Positions 28,384 through 37,534 of a DNA stretch of 64,000 bases are shown here, in pieces; positions within the stretch are counted from its first letter, which is position 1, and each line of letters begins with the position of its first letter. The DNA is from a bacterium (lineage in GTDB: Bacteria > ARS69), in the NCBI GenBank assembly GCA_046330135.1, contig JAXLTI010000004.1, positions 1,174,394 to 1,238,393 on the forward strand. The letters run 5' to 3'. Made by a program: the position numbers and the translations under genes. The notes under the pieces are model-generated. The model ran no database searches and was not told where the DNA came from. It saw nothing but the letters and a program-made list of their open reading frames with translations.

Positions 28384-29487
28384 TCACTCGGGGCTCAGAC
28401 GCGCGCGGGGGCGTCGGCGGAAGAGGCGGCGGACGTCGCCCGCGAGCGGCGCCACGGCGTCGGCGAGGTCGGGCGAGGTGCGGAGCGCGGCGCGGAGCAG
28501 CACCCACGTCGTCGAGGCGAACGCGGCCAGGAGCAGAGCGGCCGCCACCATGAGCACGCGCATCGGCCGGCTCGGACGGATCGGCGGCACGGCCGTGTCC
28601 AGGACCTTGATCACCGGCGTGTTCTTCACTTCCTCGATCTCCGCGATCTCCTTCTGCTTCTGCAGCTCCAGGAAGACCTGCTCCTGGATCATGACGTCGC
28701 GCTGCAGGCGCGCTTCCTCGGTCTGCAGCTCCGGCGAGCTGCCGATCTGCCGGTTCGCCTGCCGGAACTTCGTCAGGCGGTCCTCGGCGGCGCTCAGCTC
28801 GTGCGAGACGTCGCCGAGACGGCCGTCGATGAACGTGCGGTTCTTGCGCCCTTCGTCCTGACGCAGCGCGATCAGGTAGGCCTCGAGCGATCCCACCAGC
28901 GCGTTCGCCACGTCGGCGGAGAGGTGCGGGTTCTTGGTGGTGACGTCGAGGGAGACGATGCCGGTCTCCTCGTCCTTCGCCGCGGTCACGACGTTCCTCT
29001 CGAGCGTGCGGATCGCCTTCATGCGCGTCTTGTGGGAGTCGCGGTCGTGCGGGCGGAGGATCGCCAGGAACGGCTTCGGCGGAGCGCCTTCCTCTTCGGA
29101 GAACGGCTTGTCGAGGAGGCCGCTGAGGAGGCGCTCGCTCGTCAGGATCGAAGGGTAGAGATCGGATTGGCTCGCCGGGCCGAACGGGAACTGCAAGCCC
29201 ATGGACGAGGCGAGGCCGCTGAGCTGCGACGGCAAGGCGCTGGCTTCGTCGTCGGTGGGGAGGAGAACGGCATGCGCCGTCCACTCGCGTGGGAGGAGGA
29301 AGGCGAGGAGCACGGTGGCGACGGTCGCGCCGGCGGTGAAGAGCGCGATCCGGCCCCGCGCCTGCACGAGCGCGCGCACGTAGCCGCTGAGCTCCCCGGG
29401 CGCCGCGGACGTCGCGTGGTGCGCGGCGGCCCCCCCCCGCGGGGCGGTCGTCTCCTCGGACAGATCCTCTCGAACGAGCGTATCCAT
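28384..29487 (-). CDS. wzz: Chain-length determinant (Wzz/GNVR domain)
   Basis: N- and C-terminal TM, coiled coil, IKVLD.AVPP.RPSRP. Confidence 0.85.
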   Translation of the reverse strand: MDTLVREDLSEETTAPRGGAAAHHATSAAPGELSGYVRALVQARGRIALFTAGATVATVLLAFLLPREWTAHAVLLPTDDEASALPSQLSGLASSMGLQFPFGPASQSDLYPSILTSERLLSGLLDKPFSEEEGAPPKPFLAILRPHDRDSHKTRMKAIRTLERNVVTAAKDEETGIVSLDVTTKNPHLSADVANALVGSLEAYLIALRQDEGRKNRTFIDGRLGDVSHELSAAEDRLTKFRQANRQIGSSPELQTEEARLQRDVMIQEQVFLELQKQKEIAEIEEVKNTPVIKVLDTAVPPIRPSRPMRVLMVAAALLLAAFASTTWVLLRAALRTSPDLADAVAPLAGDVRRLFRRRPRARLSPE

Positions 29488-29649
29488 GCGAATCCCGTCC
29501 CCGGGCTCGAGGGAGGCCTCGATCCTCTTTTCGTGAGGAATTCGATGGATCCTTAGGTTTTTCTGGCAGAGGGCGACCGTGGCGTTTCCGGACGCACCCG
29601 AAGAGCCGCCCGGCCGCTGCAGGGGCGTGGCGGCCGCCCCGGAGCCTGG

Positions 29650-30066
29650 CTAGATCTCGTCGTGCTCGTCGAAGGAGTGTCCGGGAATCCGCCGGCGGCC
29701 CGCGAAGCCTGCTTCCCGCGCGTGGTACCACTCCACGTGGGGCTCGTCGCTTCGCCAGCACAGCAGCACCTCGCGACCGTCGATCTTCGCGGGGAAGTCC
29801 ACCAGGCCGACCTCGAAGTCCCAGTCCTTGTACGTGGCCCCGAGGTCTTCGAGCTCCTGCATGAGGTCCAGGATGTCCTGGCGGATCTGCTCGAGCGCCT
29901 CGTCCTCGTCGGGCTCCTTCGAGAGCGCCGTGCGGCCCCTCAGCTCGCGAGCCTTCTCCAGGATGTCGGCGACGATGCTGCGCACCAGCGGCAGAGTCCG
30001 GTTGGCCTCCGCCGGGGTGAAGAGCTTGGCGGTCATGACCCCTTTGGGAGATCGGGAAGTGTTCAT
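29650..30066 (-). CDS. DUF2203 family protein
   Basis: FT.AEAN..LPLV, KD....GLVDFP....GREV.LCW...E....YH....GFAGR. Confidence 0.88.
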   Translation of the reverse strand: MNTSRSPKGVMTAKLFTPAEANRTLPLVRSIVADILEKARELRGRTALSKEPDEDEALEQIRQDILDLMQELEDLGATYKDWDFEVGLVDFPAKIDGREVLLCWRSDEPHVEWYHAREAGFAGRRRIPGHSFDEHDEI

Positions 30067-30278
30067 GGCGTCTCCATGGTAGGGCGCGAGAGGCTGTTCG
30101 GGGAGGGCCAGGTGCGACGTCTCGTACGCTCTCGCCGGCTTCGCGTCAAGGAGCGGGAAAGCCGGGAGCGTCCGGATTCGGACCCTGCCCGCCCGGGCGG
30201 TGGACGCGCCCACGACCAAGACTCCGGAGGCGGGAGGGAGAGGCAGATTCCTCGCCCCGGAGGCGACCCCGGGGCGTC

Positions 30279-31511
30279 TCAGCCCGCGATCCGGATCTCC
30301 TCCGGGCCGGCGGTGAGGTCCCGGCCGCCCTGTTCCGTCACCACGTAGGTGTTCTCGACTCCCACCGCCCCCGGGTCTCCGAAGAAGATCTTCGGCTCCA
30401 CCGCGAGCACGTTTCCAGCCTCCAGCGGTGTTTCGAAGCCGGAGGCCAGAACCGGAAGCTCGTCGAGGTCGAGGCCGACGCCGTGCCCCACAAATTGGAC
30501 GCGATTCTCCCCGAAGCCCATGAACCGGTCCGCCCACGGGCTCCTCGCCGCCTTCGCGGTGGCGGCGGCCCAGATCGCCGCAGGGATTGCTCCCGGGCGG
30601 AGCAACGCCTTGATGTCCGAGAGGATCTCGCGACACAGCTCGTGCGCGTCGCGCGCCTCCTTCGAGGGCTCGCCCACGCAGTAGACCCGCGCGCGGTCGG
30701 CGAGGTACCCGCCCGCTCCGCCCACGTAGTCCACGAGGATGGTGGCGCCCTTCTCGAGCACCCGCTCGCCGCCGCCCTGCTGCACCGCGGGATAGAGGCC
30801 CTCGAGGCCGTCCGGCCCGTCGAAGTAGCAGGGATAGGACGCGGACGCCCCGGCGGAGACCGTGCCGAGGTGCATCTCCAGATTCCAGCGACGCACGCGC
30901 ACGACGCCCTGATGCCGAAGCCGGCGCATCTCGCCCTCCACGAAGGCGGACAGCTCGATCTCCGAGACGCCGGCGGCGAGGCGCCGCGGGAGGAGGACGT
31001 CCATCGCCTCCCCCACGATCCGCCCCGCTTTCTCGATCCACTCGATCTCGTAGGCCGACTTCACCGCGCGCACCTCGCGGATCGCGCGGGAGACGTCGCG
31101 GAAGTCCACGCTCGGGAACGCGCGACGCAGGCGCTCGAAGGTCGCCACCGGCACGACGTCCAGCTCGAGGCCCACCGCGCCGGACACCGTGACGCCGAGC
31201 GCCGCGAGCGCGCCGGGCAGGTCCGCCGGGCGCCGCGCGGGGCAGCATGGCAGGGGAGACTCCGCGGCCGCGCGCTCCACGCTCATGCGGATCGGCAGCA
31301 CCGCCCGCCCCTCCGCCGTCACGAAGGGCCAGCCCTCGCCGAGCGTCCCGGAGATCCAGAAGAGGCTCGAGGGGTGGAGGAGGAAGGCGCCGTCGAGCTT
31401 GTCCTGTCGAAGGCGCGCGGCGAAGCGCTCGGCGCGCGCGGCCAGCTCCGCCGGGGGAACGAGCGGCAGCGGGGAAGGGACGAGAGAGGTCGATGCCGGA
31501 GAGGTGCGCAA
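30279..31511 (-). CDS. Xaa-Pro peptidase (M24) family
   Basis: RAVKSAYEI, GY.AD..R, GHGVGLDLDE, AVEPK, VGVENT. Confidence 0.92.
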   Translation of the reverse strand: MRTSPASTSLVPSPLPLVPPAELAARAERFAARLRQDKLDGAFLLHPSSLFWISGTLGEGWPFVTAEGRAVLPIRMSVERAAAESPLPCCPARRPADLPGALAALGVTVSGAVGLELDVVPVATFERLRRAFPSVDFRDVSRAIREVRAVKSAYEIEWIEKAGRIVGEAMDVLLPRRLAAGVSEIELSAFVEGEMRRLRHQGVVRVRRWNLEMHLGTVSAGASASYPCYFDGPDGLEGLYPAVQQGGGERVLEKGATILVDYVGGAGGYLADRARVYCVGEPSKEARDAHELCREILSDIKALLRPGAIPAAIWAAATAKAARSPWADRFMGFGENRVQFVGHGVGLDLDELPVLASGFETPLEAGNVLAVEPKIFFGDPGAVGVENTYVVTEQGGRDLTAGPEEIRIAG

Positions 31512-31667
31512 GGGTCTGTCCCGAGAGTGGGGATTCAGCGGCGATTCTACCCGGCTTTCCTCAAGAGAGGACCGCTCTTAGCCGATGGCGATGAAGACTG
31601 TCGCGACCCCACCTCGCCCGAGACCGTCCGCGTCGCGATTTCGGCCCCCCTGGCCACGGATGTGGGA

Positions 31668-32615
31668 ATGAAGAACCTCCGAGAGATCATCCTCCGGCAC
31701 TTCGAGCCGTTGCTGGTCGCCTCGATCTTCGGCGGCCTGCTGGTGATGAACTTCTTCGTGGTCTATAAGGCCTCGTTCCTCAACTTCTACTACGTGCCCA
31801 CGCTCGTGGCCGGCCTCGTGGTGGGCATGCGCATGTCCCTCCTGGTGGCGTGCCTTTCCGTCTCGTCCGTCTCCCTGCTCACGATCCTGATGCCGCAGCG
31901 CTTCGCGCTCGGCGAGACCCGCCTCGAGACGTGGCTCACGCTGGCGCTCTGGGGCGGCTTCCTGATCTTGACGAGCTGGGTGGTCGGTGTGCTTCACGGC
32001 CGGAACGCCGAGAAGGTCCGCTCCCTGCGCCAGGCGTACATGGGCACGCTGGAGATCCTGACGAAGTACCTCGAGGCGAGCGATCCCAGCGCGTTCGGTC
32101 ACAGCACGCGCGTGTCCCGGCTGGCCGCGGAGCTGGCCACGGTGATGGGGCTCTCTCCGGGTCGGATCGAGAATTGCCGCGTGGCGGGCTTGCTCCACGA
32201 GGTCGGCAAGATCGACCTGACGGAAGACCTGGGTCGCGTGCTCAGCGAGGAGAGCGGCGGCGAAGAGACGTCGCCGGCCAAACGGCCCGCGGTCCGCAGC
32301 GCTCGCCTGATCGACTCGGTCGGCGGGATCCTGCACGACATCGTCCCGATCATCGAGTACCACGAGGATCCGTACATCCAGGACGGACGCGTCAACGTGG
32401 ACGTTCCGCTGGAGGCCCAGATCCTCGCCGTGGCCAACGGCTACGACGAAGCGGTTCGCAGTCGCCCGCGCCGCCGGGGCCTGCCGCGGGAGAAGGCGCT
32501 CGCCGAGCTCGAGAAGTGGTCCGGCGGCAACTACGCCCCGGACGTCGTCACCGCTTTCAAGCTCATCCCCCCCGCGATCGTCGAGCGGATCGAGACGGAA
32601 GCCGTCGGCTCCTGA
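31668..32615 (+). CDS. Membrane-anchored HD-GYP-like protein with degenerate motifs
   Basis: Several N-terminal TM helices; GHSTRV, LLHEVGKI, YHED, ILAVANGYD; no GYP. Confidence 0.8.
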   Translation: MKNLREIILRHFEPLLVASIFGGLLVMNFFVVYKASFLNFYYVPTLVAGLVVGMRMSLLVACLSVSSVSLLTILMPQRFALGETRLETWLTLALWGGFLILTSWVVGVLHGRNAEKVRSLRQAYMGTLEILTKYLEASDPSAFGHSTRVSRLAAELATVMGLSPGRIENCRVAGLLHEVGKIDLTEDLGRVLSEESGGEETSPAKRPAVRSARLIDSVGGILHDIVPIIEYHEDPYIQDGRVNVDVPLEAQILAVANGYDEAVRSRPRRRGLPREKALAELEKWSGGNYAPDVVTAFKLIPPAIVERIETEAVGS

Positions 32616-32690
32616 GTCCGTGAAATCGCGAGGTGCTGGGGCCGGCCCGCCCTGAGTTCGGGCCTGGCCGCCCGATCCGCTGCCGGATTC

Positions 32691-33860
32691 TCAGGTTCGC
32701 GCGGCCAACTCGCGAAGCTTCCTCACCGCACGCACCACGTCGGTCGCCGCTTCGTCGATCTCTTCGGGGGTCGTGAAGCGGTGCAGCCCGAAGCGGATCG
32801 ACGACTGCGCGCGCGCCTGCCCCAGCCCGAGCGCCGTGATCACGTGACTCGGCTCGGGGCTCGCCGACGAGCACGCGGCCCCCGTGGACACCGCGACGTT
32901 CGGGATCTCGTGCAGGAGATCCTCGGCCTCCACGCCGGTGAAGGAGACGTTGAGGTTGTTCGGCAGGCGAAGGGTCGGGTGCCCGTTGAGCTGGATGTCC
33001 GGGAGCCCCTCGCGCAAGGCGCTCCAGAGACGGTCACGCAGAGCGCAGACGCGGGCGGTCTCGGCTTCCCGCTCCGCCGCCGCGATCGCGAGAGCTTCGC
33101 CCATGCCCACCACTCCCGGCACGTTCAGCGTCCCGGAGCGGAGCCCGCGCTCGTGTCCGCCGCCGTGGAGGATGGGCGCGAGGCGCACGGTGGGCCGCCG
33201 GCGGCGCACCCACAAGGCGCCGACGCCCTTCGGGCCGTAGACCTTGTGACCGGACATGGAGAGAAGGTCGACGCCGTCGCGCTCCACGTTCACGTCCACG
33301 CGGCCGAGCGCCTGCGCGGCGTCCGTGTGGAAGAGCGCGGCGCCGCGCTCGTGCACGATCCGCGCGATCGCTGCGATCGGATGCAGCGTGCCGACCTCGT
33401 TGTTCGCGGTCATGATCGTGACGAGGATCGTGCGATCCGTGAGCGTGGCCGCGAGCGCGTCGAGGTCCAGGAGTCCGGTGGAGTCCACGGGGAGGACGGT
33501 GACGCGGAAGCCGATGCGCTCGAGATGGCGGCACGGGTCCAGTACCGCCGAATGCTCCGTGGTGCACGTCACCACGTGGTCGCCCTTCTCGCGGTAAGCC
33601 TCCGCCGCGCCGAGGATCGCCAGGTTGTTCGCCTCGGTCGCCCCGGACGTCCACACGATCTCCTTCGCCGACCCGCCGATCGCCGCGGCCGCCTGGGCGC
33701 GCGCCTGCTCCACCGCATCCTCGGCCACCCAGCCATACGCGTGCGTGCGGCTCGCGGCATTCCCGAAGGACTCGGCGAAGTACGGCAGCATCGCTTCCAG
33801 CACGCGCGGGTCCACCGGCGTGGTGGCGTGGGCGTCCAGGTAGATGGGGCGGTCTCGCAC
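32691..33860 (-). CDS. iscS: Cysteine desulfurase
   Basis: IYLDAHATTP, FGNAASR.H.YGW, TSGATE.NN, SGHK.YGPKG, RSGTLN, STGAACSS. Confidence 0.95.
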   Translation of the reverse strand: MRDRPIYLDAHATTPVDPRVLEAMLPYFAESFGNAASRTHAYGWVAEDAVEQARAQAAAAIGGSAKEIVWTSGATEANNLAILGAAEAYREKGDHVVTCTTEHSAVLDPCRHLERIGFRVTVLPVDSTGLLDLDALAATLTDRTILVTIMTANNEVGTLHPIAAIARIVHERGAALFHTDAAQALGRVDVNVERDGVDLLSMSGHKVYGPKGVGALWVRRRRPTVRLAPILHGGGHERGLRSGTLNVPGVVGMGEALAIAAAEREAETARVCALRDRLWSALREGLPDIQLNGHPTLRLPNNLNVSFTGVEAEDLLHEIPNVAVSTGAACSSASPEPSHVITALGLGQARAQSSIRFGLHRFTTPEEIDEAATDVVRAVRKLRELAART

Positions 33861-34389
33861 GCAAGCTCCTCGGGAGGCGGGCTCCCATGATGCCGCGGAT
33901 CGCCCTCGGCGGCCACTCGGCACACCGTTGTGCGAATGAGCCCCCGATGGAGGGGCCCCTCTTCGCAGTCCACCCGAAAGCGGGGCAGCGGGTGAACACC
34001 GCGTGGCCCGGCGGTGCGATGGCGACCGCTAACCACCGGCCGCCCGCGCCGCTGCGAGGCCTGTGCTCCTTCCGGCCTCGCGAGCCGCCCCGATGGCCGG
34101 AAATGACCCAGCCCCCGCACCCCTTCCGGCGCGGCGATTGCTTTATCTCAGCGCGGCCCGAGCGCCTCCCGATGATTCTGCTGGGCGCCCGGGCCGAGCG
34201 CCCCCACCGAGCGAGCAAGATGCGAGACGCGTTCTGCGAAACGGCCGAATGTCAGTCGGTGACAGATGCGAATGGTGCGCAGGACGCGGCGGGTGTCTAC
34301 TTCGCGCGGGCTCGAAGCGGGTTGCGAGAGCTGCACCGTCGAACACGTGCTCGTGCCGCTCTCCCAATCCGCTGGGAAGGAGACGCGCG

Positions 34390-36525
34390 ATGCGCACGAT
34401 GAACTGGTGCTCGATTCTGCTGCCGCTCGTGACCGCAACGGCCTTCAGCGCTGGCTCAGCGCAGGCGGCTGAGCTCGATCCTCCCGCGATGGAGCGCACC
34501 TGGCCGGTGGTCCCGGTGGATCCGTCGGGGCACGTGAACCTCGCGGCGATCGTCGTGACCACGGAAGACGACGTCGTGGCGTTCGACGACGTCAGCCACA
34601 AGCTCCTCAAACTGACCTCGTCCGGAACGCTTCTCGACACGTGGGCCGTTCCGGAGTCACTCGAGGTCCAGAAGCTCGACACGGGCCCGCAGGGCTCGGT
34701 GTACGTGGGTTGCTCGGGCCGCATCCTCGTGTTCGACCACGACGGCGGGATTCTCTCCGACCGCGCGATGCGCTGGAGGGACTTCGCGGTGGGCGGTGCA
34801 GGCGAGATCTACCGCATCGATCCGGATCTGCGGGACGTCATCGTGGTCTCGACGCGCGACGGCACCTTCCTGCGCGAGTGGGATCTTCCCCTCAACCCAT
34901 GGGGTCTGCCCTACCGCCCTCTCGCGATCGCCGCAGACCCCGACGGGGTGATCGCGTTCTGCGACACGATGGATGGGCCGCACTGCGTCGTGTCGTGGAC
35001 TTTCTCCGGCGTGCTGCGCGACTCCAGGACCGTGCCTCTCGATGAGTGGCACTCGTTGACGTCCGGTCGCGCCGGGACTCTGTACTTCTTCGAGAACGCC
35101 ACACCGTCCTTGGAGGCCATGGATGGTTCCCTGATCCATCTGGCGTGGTGGTCGGACCTGTTCGAATTACCGTGGGACTACTACGTCAGTCCCTCGGGGG
35201 ACTCCGGCGGGCGCACCTACCTCGCGGAGACCCTCGACGATCTCACCGGAGCCCGAGTCCTGGTCTTCGCGCCCATCGGCCCCGGGGCAATCCTCGAGGC
35301 GGACCACCCGGGCGCCCCCTACTGGGTCGACGGCGTCCAATACCTGGGGAATCACCGCTTCGATTGGACGCCGGGGACCGTCCACACCGTGACGGCCGCG
35401 CCTGAGTTCGAGACCTCGCCGGGGACGCGCGAATCCTTCCTTTCGTGGTCCGACGGCGGCGATGCGCAACACGACGTCACCGTGCCCTCGCACGCGTTCG
35501 GTCTGCGTGGCCTCTTCCGCACCGAACGTCTCGTCTCCACCGTCGTGGACTCCGGCGGCACGGCGACGGCGAGCGCCTGGGTCGCCGACAGCACCCAGGT
35601 GACGCTCTCCGCGCACGAAGCGCCCGGCTACCGATTCGTGAAGTGGGGAAACCCGGACTCCGTCGGTTGGAAGCCGGGCGACGTGCTCACGCCGGAGTGG
35701 ACGCACACGGTGACTCATCCGGAATCATGGGAGGCGTGCTTCGTCCGGCAGGGACTCGTGCTTTCGATCAGCGCGAGCGCCACGGATCCGAGCGCGAACA
35801 CCGCCGCGCCCGCGATGGGCCCGCGCCAGCTCTACTTGTGGGCGAAGTGCTTGGACCACGGAATCTCCGCGCTCGAAGCCGACGTGACGGGCTCGCTGCA
35901 GGCGGGTGGGTTCATCCCGGCGAACGGCGTGCTGAACCTTGGCGAAGGACCGAATCTCCTCTGCGCGATCCCCGGCTGCCCGATCGGGGCGGAAGTGAAC
36001 CACCTGCTGGGATCGTGGTGGGTGGCCGATGTCGGCGGCGACTTCTGTCTCACGCGGTCGGCGGCGAACGGCGTGCTGGTCGTGGTGGAATGCCCGTCTC
36101 AGTTCCCGCAAACGTTCACGCCGACGATCGTGGGGTTCTCGTCGATCGGGGATCCCTGCGTGACCGGTCCGCTCTGCGGTGCGGATCCCGACTCGCTGCC
36201 GTTGGATCCGAACGACGTCCCGGTGGTCGCGTTGTCGTCGGTGCCGAGCGTTCTCATGCTCTCCTCGCGCGGGAACCCCTTCCGAGGTTCGATCGAGCTG
36301 GCGCTGGATCTTCCGACGAACGCGCGTGCGGAGCTTCGCATCTTCGACGTGGCCGGGCGACTCGTACGCACCCTCCTTGCGGACAACGTGACCGCGGGCC
36401 GGCGCGCGATCTCGTGGGACGGCCGCGACGCGAGCGGCGCGGTGACGCCTTCGGGAATCTACTTCGCGCGCCTCGACGCGGCGGGCGAGCGCCGGACGCT
36501 GAAGCTGGTGAGGGTGTCTCGGTGA
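34390..36525 (+). CDS. Large secreted protein: beta-propeller-like N-terminus, InlB-B-like repeats, six-Cys domain, FlgD-Ig CTD
   Basis: AAGGAG RBS, signal peptide; F.SWSDGG and VTL.A...PGYRF.KW repeats; ISASATDP..N..LYLW..C domain; NPF..IFDVAGRLVRTL..WDGRD..SGIYF..KLV end. Confidence 0.8.
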   Translation: MRTMNWCSILLPLVTATAFSAGSAQAAELDPPAMERTWPVVPVDPSGHVNLAAIVVTTEDDVVAFDDVSHKLLKLTSSGTLLDTWAVPESLEVQKLDTGPQGSVYVGCSGRILVFDHDGGILSDRAMRWRDFAVGGAGEIYRIDPDLRDVIVVSTRDGTFLREWDLPLNPWGLPYRPLAIAADPDGVIAFCDTMDGPHCVVSWTFSGVLRDSRTVPLDEWHSLTSGRAGTLYFFENATPSLEAMDGSLIHLAWWSDLFELPWDYYVSPSGDSGGRTYLAETLDDLTGARVLVFAPIGPGAILEADHPGAPYWVDGVQYLGNHRFDWTPGTVHTVTAAPEFETSPGTRESFLSWSDGGDAQHDVTVPSHAFGLRGLFRTERLVSTVVDSGGTATASAWVADSTQVTLSAHEAPGYRFVKWGNPDSVGWKPGDVLTPEWTHTVTHPESWEACFVRQGLVLSISASATDPSANTAAPAMGPRQLYLWAKCLDHGISALEADVTGSLQAGGFIPANGVLNLGEGPNLLCAIPGCPIGAEVNHLLGSWWVADVGGDFCLTRSAANGVLVVVECPSQFPQTFTPTIVGFSSIGDPCVTGPLCGADPDSLPLDPNDVPVVALSSVPSVLMLSSRGNPFRGSIELALDLPTNARAELRIFDVAGRLVRTLLADNVTAGRRAISWDGRDASGAVTPSGIYFARLDAAGERRTLKLVRVSR

Positions 36526-36550
36526 GGAGGCGCGCGGAGGAGGCACGATC

Positions 36551-36718
36551 ATGAGCTCTCGATTCAGCGGCGCGCTCTTCGGCTTCGCTGCCCTGGCGGC
36601 GCTCGCGCCCGCCGCCGCATCGTCGACCGAGCCCTTGCAAGCTGGGGACCGTGTCCCGGTGACGGCTGGATGCCGCGCCTGGCCATTATCGGGTATAACT
36701 CATATAAATAACCTATAG
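36551..36718 (+). pseudogene. Probable truncated remnant of a secreted-protein gene (55 aa)
   Basis: Strong GGAGGAGG RBS and signal peptide MSSRFSGALFGFAALAALAPAAAS, then the frame runs into the AT-rich satD upstream region and stops. Confidence 0.45.
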
Positions 36719-36777
36719 AGGCATTGACTTGACGCCCTCCTCAGGTTATTCATAGCTGAAATAGCCGGAGGGGTTAT
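36694..36777 (+). promoter_or_regulatory. AT-rich promoter/operator region of satD
   Basis: TTGACT/TTGACG -35-like boxes; repeated ATA(A/G)C(C/T) and GGTTAT half-sites, ATAGCC-N5-GGTTAT over the RBS and start. Confidence 0.55.
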
Positions 36778-37480
36778 GAGCGCACCCAACCTCGTTGCGC
36801 TCGTGGGCGACGTCGTGGCGTCCCGCCACTACCCGCATCAGGGTCGCCTCCTATCGTTCGTCCAAGGTGCTCTGGAACGAACGAACCACGCGGCACCGGC
36901 AATTCAACCGCTGCAGCCCACCGTCGGCGACGAGTTCCAGGGCGTCTACGAGAGCGTCGCGCGAGCCTTGCGTGCGGCGCTTCTCGTGCGCCTCGAGCTC
37001 GCGGCGGACGCCGGGCTCGCCCCCCTGCCTGACGTGCGCATCGGCCTCGGCGGGGGGGACGTCACGGCGGTTCCGGAGGCGAAGTCCCCGTTCGTGCAGA
37101 GCGGAAGCGGGTGGTGGCATGCTCGGCAGGCGCTCGATCATCTGGAGGCGCTCCGCCATCAGGCGTTGTGGCCGCGGAGTCTTCGGACTTGGTACTTCGG
37201 CGACGGGCGGGAGGACGATCTCGTGAACGCGCTCCTCCTTTGTCGCGACGAGCTGCTGGACGGCATGGACGCGCGCGATCGTCGCATCGCGCTCGGTCTC
37301 TTCCGCGGCGAGAAGCAGCTTGAGATCGCGGCGGCGCTCGGAATCAGCCAGCCCGCCGTCGCGAAGAGACAGAAGCGAAACGGGATCCAAGCGGTCTATC
37401 GCGCGCAGCTCGCCCTCGAGAGAACCCCGACGCGCCCCGCGGCCCGACGTGCGGTTGCTCGCGTCGACCTCGCCCGCTAG
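36776..37480 (+). CDS. satD: SatD family protein with C-terminal HTH
   Basis: ALVGDVVASR, TVGDEFQG, RIGLGGG, SG.GW..AR.AL, Q.EIA..LGISQPAV. Confidence 0.85.
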   Translation: MSAPNLVALVGDVVASRHYPHQGRLLSFVQGALERTNHAAPAIQPLQPTVGDEFQGVYESVARALRAALLVRLELAADAGLAPLPDVRIGLGGGDVTAVPEAKSPFVQSGSGWWHARQALDHLEALRHQALWPRSLRTWYFGDGREDDLVNALLLCRDELLDGMDARDRRIALGLFRGEKQLEIAAALGISQPAVAKRQKRNGIQAVYRAQLALERTPTRPAARRAVARVDLAR

Positions 37481-37534
37481 ACTCCCTCATCGCCCCTGCA
37501 CAGACTCAGTTCCCGCTCGGATCCCGGAGGACCC

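Noticed and set aside
33870-34389. Riboswitch or ncRNA in the long iscS/34390 intergenic region (also 3840-4229)
   Set aside because: GC hairpins are present but I recognise no tRNA or riboswitch consensus; needs an Rfam scan
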